DNA from: Thermoflexales bacterium
GTDB lineage: Bacteria; Chloroflexota; Anaerolineae; B4-G1; SLSP01
Direction of reading: 5' to 3'
Length of the DNA: 52,885 nucleotides
Assembly: GCA_007125545.1 (NCBI GenBank)
Contig: SLDA01000197.1
Span: 1-52,885, forward strand
The position numbers and the translations under genes are program-made. The notes below the pieces were generated by a model. The model ran no database searches and had not been told where the DNA came from. It was given only the letters and a program-made list of their open reading frames with translations. Each line of letters opens with the position of its first letter. Positions within the stretch are counted from its first letter, which is position 1. Shown here piece after piece: positions 7,857 to 17,283 of the stretch.

Positions 7857-9104
7857 ATGGACAGCCATATGGACGCACACAGTCCTCTGGTGGTGTTCAA
7901 TGCTCACTTGCTTGCTCGCGACGCTTCGTACCGAAGCGCCGGTATTTCCGTTTATATCGAGAGCTTGCTGCGTGAGCTTAGCGGCGCTGATTACGGCCTG
8001 CGTCTTCGCGTCTTGCTGGGCAAGGATGCCGGACCGCTTGAATTACCTGTCGGCCTCGGGACTCCGGAGCAGCCGACCATAACCGCTGAGACGAAGTCGC
8101 GACTCCCTACGGGGCGTGCGTGGCAGCGGGTGCTGTGGGAGCAGACCGTTTTGCCTGTGCGACTGCGACAGATGACCGCCGACCTCGTGCATGCTCCTGC
8201 TTTCATCAGTCCTCTGGCGGCCAACTGTCCTGTGGTCGTTACCGTACCCGATCTCAGCTTCCTGCGCTATCCGCAGTTCTTTCGCCGTGGGAATCGGCTC
8301 TATCTGCGGACTTTGACAGGCGTGGCATGTCGTCGCGCTGCCGCTGTCATCGCCCTTTCGAAACACACCGCGCAGGAGGTGCATCGTCTGCTGGGGATTC
8401 CGGAGTCGCGGATCTTTACCGTATATCCCGGTGTGGCGCCCCGCTTCCGCCGGCTGCCGGCTGAGCAGGTAACGCGTTTCCGGCAGGAGCGTGGGTTGCC
8501 CGATCGTTTCATTCTCTATCTTGGGACGCTTGAGCCGCGCAAGAATCTGATCCGGTTGGTGCGGGCCTTTTCCCGGCTCCGTGACCCCGATCTCCATCTC
8601 GTGCTGGCTGGAGCAAAGGGGTGGTTCTACGAATCGGTCTTTGCCGAGGTTGAACGGTTGGGGCTGGGCGCACGCGTGCACTTTGCCGGCTATGTTCCGG
8701 CTGAAGAGCAGGCTTTCTGGTACAATGCGGCCCATGCATTTGCCTATGTTTCCGTCTATGAAGGATTTGGGATGCCGGTTCTGGAAGCATTGGCTTGCGG
8801 TATCCCCACTGTCACATCGACCACGACCTCACTCCCAGAAGCTGGCGGTCCGGGCGTGATGCTCGTCTCGCCCGACGATGAGGTTGCACTTGCCGACGCC
8901 TTGAATAACGTACTTAATGATGCTTCTGCACGCGACGCGCTGCAGGAAGCTGGCTTGCGTCACGTGGCAGGATTCACCTGGGAGAAAGCGGCACGTCAGA
9001 CGGCGGATGTGTACCATCTTGCACTGGCCCGGTCTCGCACGACGTTCCGTCGTCCGCCCGCTCTTGAGCCAAATCCTGATGATCCGATCATCGAAACGAG
9101 GTAG
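7857..9104 (+). CDS. Glycosyltransferase family 4 (GT-B, RfaG-like)
   Basis: LGTLEPRKN ... YVSVYEGFGMPVLEALACGIPTV is the GT1/GT4 EX7E region. I prefer the ATG at 7857 (MDSHMDAHSPLVVFNAHLL) over the track start at 7791. Confidence 0.85.
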   Translation: MDSHMDAHSPLVVFNAHLLARDASYRSAGISVYIESLLRELSGADYGLRLRVLLGKDAGPLELPVGLGTPEQPTITAETKSRLPTGRAWQRVLWEQTVLPVRLRQMTADLVHAPAFISPLAANCPVVVTVPDLSFLRYPQFFRRGNRLYLRTLTGVACRRAAAVIALSKHTAQEVHRLLGIPESRIFTVYPGVAPRFRRLPAEQVTRFRQERGLPDRFILYLGTLEPRKNLIRLVRAFSRLRDPDLHLVLAGAKGWFYESVFAEVERLGLGARVHFAGYVPAEEQAFWYNAAHAFAYVSVYEGFGMPVLEALACGIPTVTSTTTSLPEAGGPGVMLVSPDDEVALADALNNVLNDASARDALQEAGLRHVAGFTWEKAARQTADVYHLALARSRTTFRRPPALEPNPDDPIIETR

Positions 9105-9110
9105 GCTGAC

Positions 9111-10532
9111 GTGAGAGCAAATCATCGAGATAGCGCCCCCTGGTGGGTGATCGTCCTAGATATCGTCATGGTCAACTTGGCGATGGGATTGGCCTATGTG
9201 CTGCGTTATCGGCTCCAGTGGTTTCTTGACGTTGTCTTTGATGCTCCGTTCGTCGCCTACCTACCCTTTAATGCGATTTTCTCGATTAGCGTGCCTCTCG
9301 TCCTGTGGGTCACCAAGTCATATCACAACTGGCGTGGTCGTGTGTGGCTGGAGCACGTGTTCCAGGTCGTGAACGCCGTCGCCATCACACTCATCCTGGC
9401 GTTGGCGTGGTCTTTCCTGGTACGCCCCCTGGTCTACTCACGGCTGCTGTTGTTAGAAGGTGCGATATTCATGATTGGGCTAATCTCACTGGATCGGTTT
9501 GTGGCTCAAATGGTGCAGACGCAGTTGCGCCGGCGCGGTATAGGGCTCAAACGGATCGTGATTGTCGGCGCCGGGGAGGTGGGGCGGCGGGTGATGCGCA
9601 CGATAGTAGCGCGCCGTGACTTGGGCTATGAGGTGGTGGGATATGTCGATGATAATCCGGACAAGGGTTATGGCAACATTGGACGCTTCTGCGGGTTGGG
9701 CTCCATCGACAATCTCTCCAGCGTCATCGATGACGAGGGTGTCGATGAAGTCATTATCACCCTCCCGTGGAACTACCATCGGCGTATTCTGAGCGTGTTG
9801 CGTGCTTGCGCGCGCCGGCAGGTCAAAGCCCGGTTGGTGCCCGATCTGTTTCAGATGAGCTTGAGCCGGGTTGAGGTGGGAGATTTGGGTGGCTTACCTC
9901 TGATTGAGATTCAAGAGATTGCCTTTGGCCCCTTGGAGCTGACCATCAAGCGTATCATTGATATGGTCGGGGTTGCAGCCGGCGTTTTTCTGGCTTGGCC
10001 TCTTTGGGCATTGATCGCGGTCCTGATAAAGTTGGATTCGCCTGGTCCCATTCTATTCAGCCAGGAGCGCGTTGGGCAGGGCAACCGTCTTTTCCGTATC
10101 TACAAATTCCGAACGATGCGCGTCGGTGCGGAATCGGAGCTAGAGGGGCTCCGCGGTTACAACGAAGCTGACGGACCTTTGTTCAAGATTCGCAATGATC
10201 CTCGAGTTACCCGTGTCGGTCACTTTCTCCGCCGGACCAGTCTGGATGAGCTTCCCCAACTCATCAATGTCCTGCGAGGAGAGATGAGTCTCGTAGGCCC
10301 TCGGCCACCGCTGGCTGCAGAGGTGGAGCAGTACCGTCCCTGGCATCGCAAGCGCTTGAGCGTGCCCCCAGGCATGACCGGCCTTTGGCAAGTTAGCGGA
10401 CGCAGTGAGCTTACCTTTGACGAGATGGTCCTGCTGGACCTATATTACATCGAACACTGGTCTCCTTGGTTGGATGTAGTCGTACTCTTACGAACGGTAC
10501 CGAAGATTCTCGCGTGGGATGGCGCTTACTAG
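9111..10532 (+). CDS. Polyprenyl-phosphate glycosylphosphotransferase (WbaP/EpsB-type sugar transferase)
   Basis: There are N-terminal TM helices and a central Rossmann-like region. The C-terminus reads [26 protein letters not shown] ... [21 protein letters not shown]. It has a GTG start with GAGGTAGG upstream. Confidence 0.9.
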   Translation: MRANHRDSAPWWVIVLDIVMVNLAMGLAYVLRYRLQWFLDVVFDAPFVAYLPFNAIFSISVPLVLWVTKSYHNWRGRVWLEHVFQVVNAVAITLILALAWSFLVRPLVYSRLLLLEGAIFMIGLISLDRFVAQMVQTQLRRRGIGLKRIVIVGAGEVGRRVMRTIVARRDLGYEVVGYVDDNPDKGYGNIGRFCGLGSIDNLSSVIDDEGVDEVIITLPWNYHRRILSVLRACARRQVKARLVPDLFQMSLSRVEVGDLGGLPLIEIQEIAFGPLELTIKRIIDMVGVAAGVFLAWPLWALIAVLIKLDSPGPILFSQERVGQGNRLFRIYKFRTMRVGAESELEGLRGYNEADGPLFKIRNDPRVTRVGHFLRRTSLDELPQLINVLRGEMSLVGPRPPLAAEVEQYRPWHRKRLSVPPGMTGLWQVSGRSELTFDEMVLLDLYYIEHWSPWLDVVVLLRTVPKILAWDGAY

Positions 10533-10540
10533 GAGTAGAT

Positions 10541-11728
10541 ATGGTGCGGTGGGAGTTGACGGAGGCGGAACGCCAGTCGTTGCTCGCGTTTCTTCAGGCC
10601 CTGGTCAGGACGCCGAGCATCTCCGGACAGGAAGGTGCCGTGGCGGCGTTGATCATGGAGGAGATGCGGCGGCTTGGCTATGATGAGGTCTGGATGGATC
10701 GAGCCGGCAATGTGATAGGCCGGATCGGCACAGGTGACGCGCCTATCTTGATGTTCAATAGTCACATGGATACCGTAGAAGTCACCGAGCCTAAAGCGTG
10801 GGCCACGGATCCACTGGAAGCGGTAGTGCGGGATGGGCGTCTCTATGGCATAGGCGCGTGTGACATGAAGGGTGGGCTCGCCGCCACAGTGTACGGTGCT
10901 GCTGCAATGACGCGCCATCGTGCAGGACTCTCCGGTTCCGTTGTTGTCGCCTGCGTCGGATTGGAGGAACCCTCTGAGGGTACCGGTACGCGGGCGCTCT
11001 TCGAGGATGCCGGGATGCATCCGGATTGGGTCGTGATCGCCGAACCCTCTAACCTCCAGGTGGTACGCGCGCAACGTGGCCACGTTGAGATGCTCTTGAC
11101 GGTCGAGGGGCAGGGTGCGCACTCCTCTGCTCCGGAGTTGGGCCACAACGCGATTTACACGGCGGCTCGGCTCGTCTTTGGGCTGGAACTCTTGGCCGGC
11201 CAACTGCCGGAAGATCCCTTCCTTGGACCGGGCGTCCTCGCAGTCACGGAAATTAGTTCTCGTGCGGCCAGCCGAAACGCAGTCCCCGACCGTTGCGAGC
11301 TATTTATCGACCGGCGCTTAACGGCAGGAGAGACTGAGGCCATGGCCGTATTGGAGGTTCAGCGTGTGATTGCACGAGAGGGCGTGCGGGCTGAGGTGCG
11401 GGTGGTTGAGCAAACTGTCCGCACGCACACTGGGCAGCTACTGAACGCGCGTCGGGTTTCGTTGCCATGGGCGCTGGATGAACGGCACTCCCTTGTGCAA
11501 GCACTGCTCCGTGCAGCGCGCGAGACGGGTTTGCGTCCGGGTGTCACGCAATGGCCTTTTGCTACCGAGGGTGCTTACACGGCTGGTGTGGCCGGTGTCC
11601 CGACTATCGGGTTTGGACCGGGCGACCCGGCAGTACTGCACTGTGTTGATGAGCATGTGGACGTTAAACAGATCTACGCTGCAGCCGAGGTCTATGTAGC
11701 CCTGGCAAAGCGGCTGTTGCTCTCATGA
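10541..11728 (+). CDS. M20-family metallopeptidase / deacylase (ArgE/DapE/YgeY-like)
   Basis: PSISGQEG...FNSHMDTV...GACDMKGG...EEPSEGTG are M20 metal-binding motifs. I prefer the ATG at 10541 (MVRWELTE), 9 nt after the upstream stop. Confidence 0.8.
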   Translation: MVRWELTEAERQSLLAFLQALVRTPSISGQEGAVAALIMEEMRRLGYDEVWMDRAGNVIGRIGTGDAPILMFNSHMDTVEVTEPKAWATDPLEAVVRDGRLYGIGACDMKGGLAATVYGAAAMTRHRAGLSGSVVVACVGLEEPSEGTGTRALFEDAGMHPDWVVIAEPSNLQVVRAQRGHVEMLLTVEGQGAHSSAPELGHNAIYTAARLVFGLELLAGQLPEDPFLGPGVLAVTEISSRAASRNAVPDRCELFIDRRLTAGETEAMAVLEVQRVIAREGVRAEVRVVEQTVRTHTGQLLNARRVSLPWALDERHSLVQALLRAARETGLRPGVTQWPFATEGAYTAGVAGVPTIGFGPGDPAVLHCVDEHVDVKQIYAAAEVYVALAKRLLLS

Positions 11729-11753
11729 TGGCGTTACCTGCAAGGTCAATGCT

Positions 11754-12665
11754 ATGACTGTGTCCTTGGGGCAGACGGTCCAGGCGGCGCAAGCACAGGG
11801 CTTACCTTTGGTTGCCCTGGAGTCGGCGCTCATTACGCACGGCTTTGCCTACCCCGCAAATCGAGTCATCACACGGCGTATGGCGGATGCTATCCTCAAG
11901 GGCGGAGCCCTGCCTGCAGTGATCGGCATGTGGCAGGGTAGGCCCCTTGTCGGTCTGAACGACGAGCAGATTGAAGCGCTCGCTGCGGACGATGCTGCCG
12001 TGAAGGTGAGTGTCCGCGACCTGGCGTGGGCCGGGCTGCAGCGCGCGCACGGCGGGACGACCGTGGCTGCAACGGCCCTGCTCGCCCACCAGGCCCGCAT
12101 CGGCGTGTTTGCCACGGGAGGCATCGGCGGGGTACATCGTGGCCATCCCGAAGATGTCTCGGCGGATTTGCCGGTGTTGGCGTCAACGCCGATTGTGGTC
12201 GTGTGCGCGGGAGCTAAGTCGATCCTGGATCTGCCGCGCACGCTGGAATATCTGGAGACGTGGGGTGTCCCTGTGGTTGGATGGCAGACAGACGAGTTCC
12301 CCGCCTTCTACAGCCGTTCTTCTGGCCTTCCGGTGGATGTCCGGGTGGACACTCCGGAAGAGGTGGTCCACATTTTCCGTAATCAACGGTCTTTGGGGCT
12401 GCCGCAAGCGCTGTTGGTCGCCGTACCTGTTCCCGCTGAGGACGAGGTACCTCCGGCGGTGGTCGAACCGCTGGTCGAGCAGGCGATCGCGGAAGCGACG
12501 GCAACGGGGATAGTGGGTAAGGCGCTGACGCCCTTCATTCTCGACCGCATGGTCACACTGAGCCAACATCGGACCCGTCGCGCCAATGAAAGTCTTCTCG
12601 TTCAGAATGCCTCGGTGGCAGCTCAAATTGCGCGTAGCATGGGGGATGGGCCCCGGATTGTGTGA
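11754..12665 (+). CDS. psuG: Pseudouridine-5'-phosphate glycosidase
   Basis: LPLVALESALITHGFAYPANRV ... GGTTVAATALLAH ... VFATGGIGGVHRG ... DVSADL is the characteristic PsuG/IndA signature. Confidence 0.9.
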   Translation: MTVSLGQTVQAAQAQGLPLVALESALITHGFAYPANRVITRRMADAILKGGALPAVIGMWQGRPLVGLNDEQIEALAADDAAVKVSVRDLAWAGLQRAHGGTTVAATALLAHQARIGVFATGGIGGVHRGHPEDVSADLPVLASTPIVVVCAGAKSILDLPRTLEYLETWGVPVVGWQTDEFPAFYSRSSGLPVDVRVDTPEEVVHIFRNQRSLGLPQALLVAVPVPAEDEVPPAVVEPLVEQAIAEATATGIVGKALTPFILDRMVTLSQHRTRRANESLLVQNASVAAQIARSMGDGPRIV

Positions 12666-15277
12666 CGGTGGTGATCAAACCTGCCGGCCCGACCTCTATT
12701 GCCTTTGCGTCTGATCGGCTCACGATTGACGGGCATCCGGCCTTGATCCAGGCAGGGGCCATCCACTATTTTCGCCTACCTCATCCGGATCTCTGGGCGC
12801 CTGCGCTGGCACGGATGCGGATGGCCGGCTTGAATGCCGCATTCGTCCCGCTTCCCTGGGGTTATCACAGCCCAGCGCCCGGTTTTTATGATTTTACCGG
12901 CCCGCGCAACCTGGGCCGGCTCTTTGATGAGATCGAACGAGCCGGACTTTGGCTGATTCCACATCTCGGTCCCTGGATAGGGGTGGACCTTGATGCCGGC
13001 GGTGTGCCGGCCTGGATTTTACGTACGCCGGGCTTGGTGCCTGCTTGCACCAGTGGTGTGCCGCCGCGACCCGCTACGGCCTTCCTTCGTCAGGTCGCCG
13101 CTTGGTGGGAGCATCTCTTCCCTCTCTTGCTCGCCAGGCCGAACCTCTTGATGCTGGCGATAGACCCGGGTTATTGCAAGTTCGAGGGACCGGCAGCCGG
13201 CGACGATGCAGGATGGCTGCACCGATATCTGAGACCGTTGCTGGACCTGATACGGCAGGCGGGGTTTGAAGCTCCGTGTGCTATGCCACAGCTCGCCTAT
13301 CTTCAGGCTGCGGATCTGGATAGCGATGCAGACAATGGGGCGCCCTTCTTCAACCTACCGGCAGAAGGAGAGGATCTGCCTACGAGACCACAAACCGCCT
13401 ACGCAGGTCTCGCTCTGCTTGACCTCGCCCTTCCGCCCAGTTCGGTTGCGGGTCGTGCGCCGTCGATTAGCCGGATCGGTGGAGATACTGATCCGCGACT
13501 TCGTATGGCGGGAGTCGTGGCAGCAGGATCTACCTCTGTCGTTCTCTCACCCGCTCACACGGGCGTTCGCTGGGGACGCTGGTCCTCTCCTGGCGGAAGC
13601 GCTCTTTCTGGCTATGGCGCGCCTATCTCCGGGAGCGGCACTTTGTCCGACAGCTACTACGAAACCCGCCGGACGGCGCTGACGGTCGAGAGCCTGGGTA
13701 ATGTGCTGGCCGACGGCGAACCGGACCCGGGTTTCCGCATGCTTCCTCCCTCTTCGCTGCACGCTGCGCTCAGCAACGCGGCGGGCGCGGTAGTGTGGGT
13801 CGGAGGAGTCGCGGACGGAGATCCATTTGCCCAGCTTCTCGCTGTCGATGATCAAGAGGGGAGAGTTAGCGAGGAGGTCTCTCTCCTGGAGGATATTCCT
13901 GCCCCTCGCGGCTCCATAGCCCTGCTTCCCTATGCGTGGCGCTTGTATGAGGGCCGGTTATTGGCTACGACGCTCGAGCCCGTGCTCCATACCCTGGTCG
14001 CGGGGCGGGAATTGCTGATTTTCCGCAATGAGGTTGGGGGAGACGTCTACCTCCCCACCGCTTTCCGATCTCGCAGCCGGCGCGGCCCGATATTCCTTGA
14101 GTCCGGCGAGAGTGGACTGAGCATCCATTTCGACGCTGCTCGCGTGGCTTCACTTGTCCTTGATGGACCGACAGGGACCTTACAGCTACTCGCTCTGGAA
14201 CCGCGCCTCTCCGGGCGCGTCTGGCCTCTGGATGATGCCTGGCGCAAGACGCCGTTTTATCCCGCATCTTGGCATGCGGCACCAGAGGAACCGGCGCGCG
14301 GGGTTGTCATTGGACCTGATTTTGTGCTGCCTCGTGAAGATGGAGGCTTCCGATTTCTGGCGTCCGCGCGGGGTTTTGGGTATCGCTGGGGTCCTTGGCG
14401 GGGAAGCGACCCACATACGTGGTTGGCGCCTTTTACGTGGGCCGGACCGGATCCGGTCAAGCTGCCCCCGCTGACGTGGGAGTCTCGCCCAGGTGCGCCG
14501 GAGGTTCTACCGGAGTATGACGATCGAGATTGGCGTACGGTGCAACCCGGTTCGCCACTTGATATGGCCCCCCATGGCCTTGACCATGGATTTGTCTGGT
14601 ACCGCGCTAGGATTACAGGAGCGCCTGCAGCGGTAACCGTAGCTTGTAGGCACGCGTGCGATGTCTTCCTCAACGGAGCCCATATCGCCGCCCTTAACCC
14701 CCCGCCCGATTATCGTGAGCCTCGTCCACAAACGCTACCCTTGCCGGTACGCCATCTACGCAGCGACAATAAGCTGGTGATCCTGGTGGAAAATGAGGGA
14801 CGCTCCGCCCCCTGGAATGAGGCGATAGCTCCGCATGGCCTGCTCCGTTGCGACGTGCAAGGTGGAGAGGTCCAGAGTTGGCGGATCCGTGAAGGACTGA
14901 CAGGCGAGGCGCGAGTTCAAGGATTTCACGGCTACGCAAAGTGGGAATTGCTGGATGGTGCTGAAGGGTATGCTATAACGTGGCATCGAGCACTGTTCGA
15001 TCTGAAGATTCCTTCAGATCAGGTTGGGCCTTTATTTCTGTATCTGGACGAGGCGCCGGCGCGCTGCTATGCTTACCTCAATGGTCTCTTGGTTGCGCGA
15101 CTTCGCTATCCCAAGGACCTGCAGCGTCGTTTCTGGCTCCCCGACGGTCTGCTGCACCGGTCGGGGACCAACGAACTCCTGCTCGCGCAATGGACACGGG
15201 GTGCCCGACCGGGCATTGGCAGGGCGTTCCTGGAGATGCAAAATCCTCTCGTCTGCCGCAGAGAAGCCGGTGACTAG
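12662..15277 (+). CDS. GH35 beta-galactosidase-like protein with degenerate catalytic motifs
   Basis: AIHYFRLP, WGYHSPAPGFYDFTG and GPWIGVDLDAGGVPAWI resemble the GH35 barrel, but the ENEYG acid/base motif reads IDPGY. The GTG start overlaps the psuG stop (GTGA). Confidence 0.6.
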   Translation: MTVVIKPAGPTSIAFASDRLTIDGHPALIQAGAIHYFRLPHPDLWAPALARMRMAGLNAAFVPLPWGYHSPAPGFYDFTGPRNLGRLFDEIERAGLWLIPHLGPWIGVDLDAGGVPAWILRTPGLVPACTSGVPPRPATAFLRQVAAWWEHLFPLLLARPNLLMLAIDPGYCKFEGPAAGDDAGWLHRYLRPLLDLIRQAGFEAPCAMPQLAYLQAADLDSDADNGAPFFNLPAEGEDLPTRPQTAYAGLALLDLALPPSSVAGRAPSISRIGGDTDPRLRMAGVVAAGSTSVVLSPAHTGVRWGRWSSPGGSALSGYGAPISGSGTLSDSYYETRRTALTVESLGNVLADGEPDPGFRMLPPSSLHAALSNAAGAVVWVGGVADGDPFAQLLAVDDQEGRVSEEVSLLEDIPAPRGSIALLPYAWRLYEGRLLATTLEPVLHTLVAGRELLIFRNEVGGDVYLPTAFRSRSRRGPIFLESGESGLSIHFDAARVASLVLDGPTGTLQLLALEPRLSGRVWPLDDAWRKTPFYPASWHAAPEEPARGVVIGPDFVLPREDGGFRFLASARGFGYRWGPWRGSDPHTWLAPFTWAGPDPVKLPPLTWESRPGAPEVLPEYDDRDWRTVQPGSPLDMAPHGLDHGFVWYRARITGAPAAVTVACRHACDVFLNGAHIAALNPPPDYREPRPQTLPLPVRHLRSDNKLVILVENEGRSAPWNEAIAPHGLLRCDVQGGEVQSWRIREGLTGEARVQGFHGYAKWELLDGAEGYAITWHRALFDLKIPSDQVGPLFLYLDEAPARCYAYLNGLLVARLRYPKDLQRRFWLPDGLLHRSGTNELLLAQWTRGARPGIGRAFLEMQNPLVCRREAGD

Positions 15278-15290
15278 CTGATAAGCTTGT

Positions 15291-16235
15291 TCAGACTTCG
15301 AAGAGGGGCGTACTGAGATACCGCTCCCCGGTATCCGGCAATACCACAAGAATCTGCTTCTCGGCCCCCAAGCGCTCGGCGACCTGCAATGCGGCAAGAG
15401 CAGCTGCGCCCGATGACATCCCGACGAGAAGTCCCTCTTGTCGAGCCAGCCGCCTTGTCATCTCCCAAGCATCGTCGCTGGTGACCTGAAGCACCTCATC
15501 GACGACGCTCATATCCAGTACCGGGGGCAGGAATCCCGGTCCCATACCCTGAATGCGATGGGACCCAGGCTCTCCGCCGGAAAGGACAGGCGACGTTGCC
15601 GGTTCGACGGCAAAGATCTTGACGTGGGGTGCTTCCTCCCGCAGGCGCCGTCCGACACCGGTTATCGTGCCGCCTGTGCCTACCCCGGCTACGAATGCGT
15701 CAAGGTCGGGTACTTGCGCGAGGACTTCTCGCGCTGTAGTCTGGTAGTGAACCTCGGGGTTCGCGGCGTTCTCAAACTGATTCGGCATAAAAGCACCGGC
15801 TTCTTCCCGAGCTATCTCTTCGGCTTGAGCAATCGCGGCTTTCATTCCACCCTCGCCTGGCGTCAGGACCAGGTTCGCGCCATAGGCGTGGAGTATCTGA
15901 CGGCGCTCGACGCTGACGGAATCGGGCATAACTAGGATCAGGCTATAGCCTTTGTACGCTGCGACCATCGCCAGGCCAATGCCCGTGTTGCCGCTGGTTG
16001 GTTCAACAATCAGTCCGCCGGGCTTGAGTATCCCTTGTCGCTCGGCAGCTTCGATCATAGAGAGCCCAATGCGTTCCTTGACGCACCCGCCCGGATTTTG
16101 TCGCTCTAGCTTGGCCCAGACGATACTCATACCCGCTGTTACCACCCTAGACAGGCGTACCACCGGCGTCCGCCCGATGAGGTCCAGGACGCTATCCGCC
16201 ACGGCTCCCTGAAAGGTCTCGGGTTTCAGCGCCAT
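15291..16235 (-). CDS. cysK: Cysteine synthase A (O-acetylserine sulfhydrylase)
   Basis: [13 protein letters not shown]..., [20 protein letters not shown] and SSGAA are PLP-fold type II motifs. It overlaps cysE by 10 nt. Confidence 0.93.
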   Translation of the reverse strand: MALKPETFQGAVADSVLDLIGRTPVVRLSRVVTAGMSIVWAKLERQNPGGCVKERIGLSMIEAAERQGILKPGGLIVEPTSGNTGIGLAMVAAYKGYSLILVMPDSVSVERRQILHAYGANLVLTPGEGGMKAAIAQAEEIAREEAGAFMPNQFENAANPEVHYQTTAREVLAQVPDLDAFVAGVGTGGTITGVGRRLREEAPHVKIFAVEPATSPVLSGGEPGSHRIQGMGPGFLPPVLDMSVVDEVLQVTSDDAWEMTRRLARQEGLLVGMSSGAAALAALQVAERLGAEKQILVVLPDTGERYLSTPLFEV

Positions 16236-17068
16236 CTCTCTACCTCTTCTTCAACCACTCGATCCGCTGCAAAATCATTCTGGTCATCGTAGACTCTAAC
16301 GGCTTCTTCGGCACGCGTCTCCAGGTTTCGGAGTTGCGCTTCCAGTGCTTCAATACGCGCGTTCAACTGCCGAAGCCGGTCGGTCACGATGTCGGGCAAC
16401 TCCTCGTGGCGCAGATCCGGCTTGCGCGGGCATGCAATGCCGTTAATCCGAACCACTTTGGCGGGCACACCGACAACGGTCGCTGACGCGGGTACTGGCT
16501 TCACGACTACCGCTCCCGAGCCTACCTTACTGTGCGGCCCGATTTCAATCGGACCCAGTATGACTGCGTTTGATCCGACGACCACACCATGCCTGAGTGT
16601 CGGATGACGTTTCGTCTGCTCGAGGGAAACACCGCCCAACACCGCGCCCTTGTACATCAGCACATCGTTTCCGATCTCAGCTGTTTCCCCGATGACCACG
16701 CCCATACCGTGGTCGATGAAGAACCGGCGTCCAATCACGGCGCCCGGATGAATCTCTATGCCGGTCAGCCAGCGCCCAATATGGGAGATAAAGCGGGCCG
16801 GGAAGCGTATCTTGTGCAGCCACAAGAAGTGAGTCAGGCGGTGTATCCAGATAGCGTGTAGCCCGGGATAGCTGGTCAGCACTTCGATCGTGCTCCGCGC
16901 TGCTGGGTCTTTGCTGAAAACGGTCTCGATATCTTCTAGGAGTCGCTGAAATAGGTTCGGATTTTGAAAGACGCGTACATCTTCGGGCAGGCATTCACAT
17001 TCCCCGCAGCACGTGCCGCAGGTAGGGCAAGCTTGCTCTGCACATTCACGCGCCTGTTTTTCGGACAT
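16226..17068 (-). CDS. cysE: Serine O-acetyltransferase with a Cys-rich N-terminal extension
   Basis: [27 protein letters not shown] is followed by hexapeptide repeats ([28 protein letters not shown]...). The N-terminus [19 protein letters not shown] has 7 Cys in residues 9-26. Confidence 0.9.
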   Translation of the reverse strand: MSEKQARECAEQACPTCGTCCGECECLPEDVRVFQNPNLFQRLLEDIETVFSKDPAARSTIEVLTSYPGLHAIWIHRLTHFLWLHKIRFPARFISHIGRWLTGIEIHPGAVIGRRFFIDHGMGVVIGETAEIGNDVLMYKGAVLGGVSLEQTKRHPTLRHGVVVGSNAVILGPIEIGPHSKVGSGAVVVKPVPASATVVGVPAKVVRINGIACPRKPDLRHEELPDIVTDRLRQLNARIEALEAQLRNLETRAEEAVRVYDDQNDFAADRVVEEEVERWR

Positions 17069-17234
17069 AGGCTCAACCTCGCTCGCAGTGTAGTCTTCAA
17101 TATCGTCAATTGATGTCTAAAATATTCTACCTGAACATTCCGTTCTGTCAAAGGTCTCGTGTTTGGTGACGCTTGGCACGTGGTATTGCACTTGCTAATC
17201 ACTCCAGAATGATTATGATAGAAAGAACAGCCTC

Positions 17235-17261
17235 CCCCAAGGCTGGATCCCAGCCTTGGGG
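17235..17261 (+). promoter_or_regulatory. 12-bp-arm inverted repeat just upstream of the histidine kinase RBS (operator or 5'-UTR hairpin)
   Basis: ccccaaggctgg-atc-ccagccttgggg has perfect arms. It ends 7 nt before the GAGGAG Shine-Dalgarno of the 17284 ORF. No upstream gene terminates here on either strand. Confidence 0.45.
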
Positions 17262-17283
17262 CTCCGCTGAGGAGTAAGCCCAT

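Noticed and set aside
1893-17261. The idea that the palindromes at 1893-1922 and 17235-17261, both centred on GGATCC, belong to one dispersed repeat (REP-like) family.
   Set aside because: Apart from the central hexamer, the arms share no sequence. The third large palindrome (28946-28979) is centred on AGAGCTCT. I treat them as independent hairpins.
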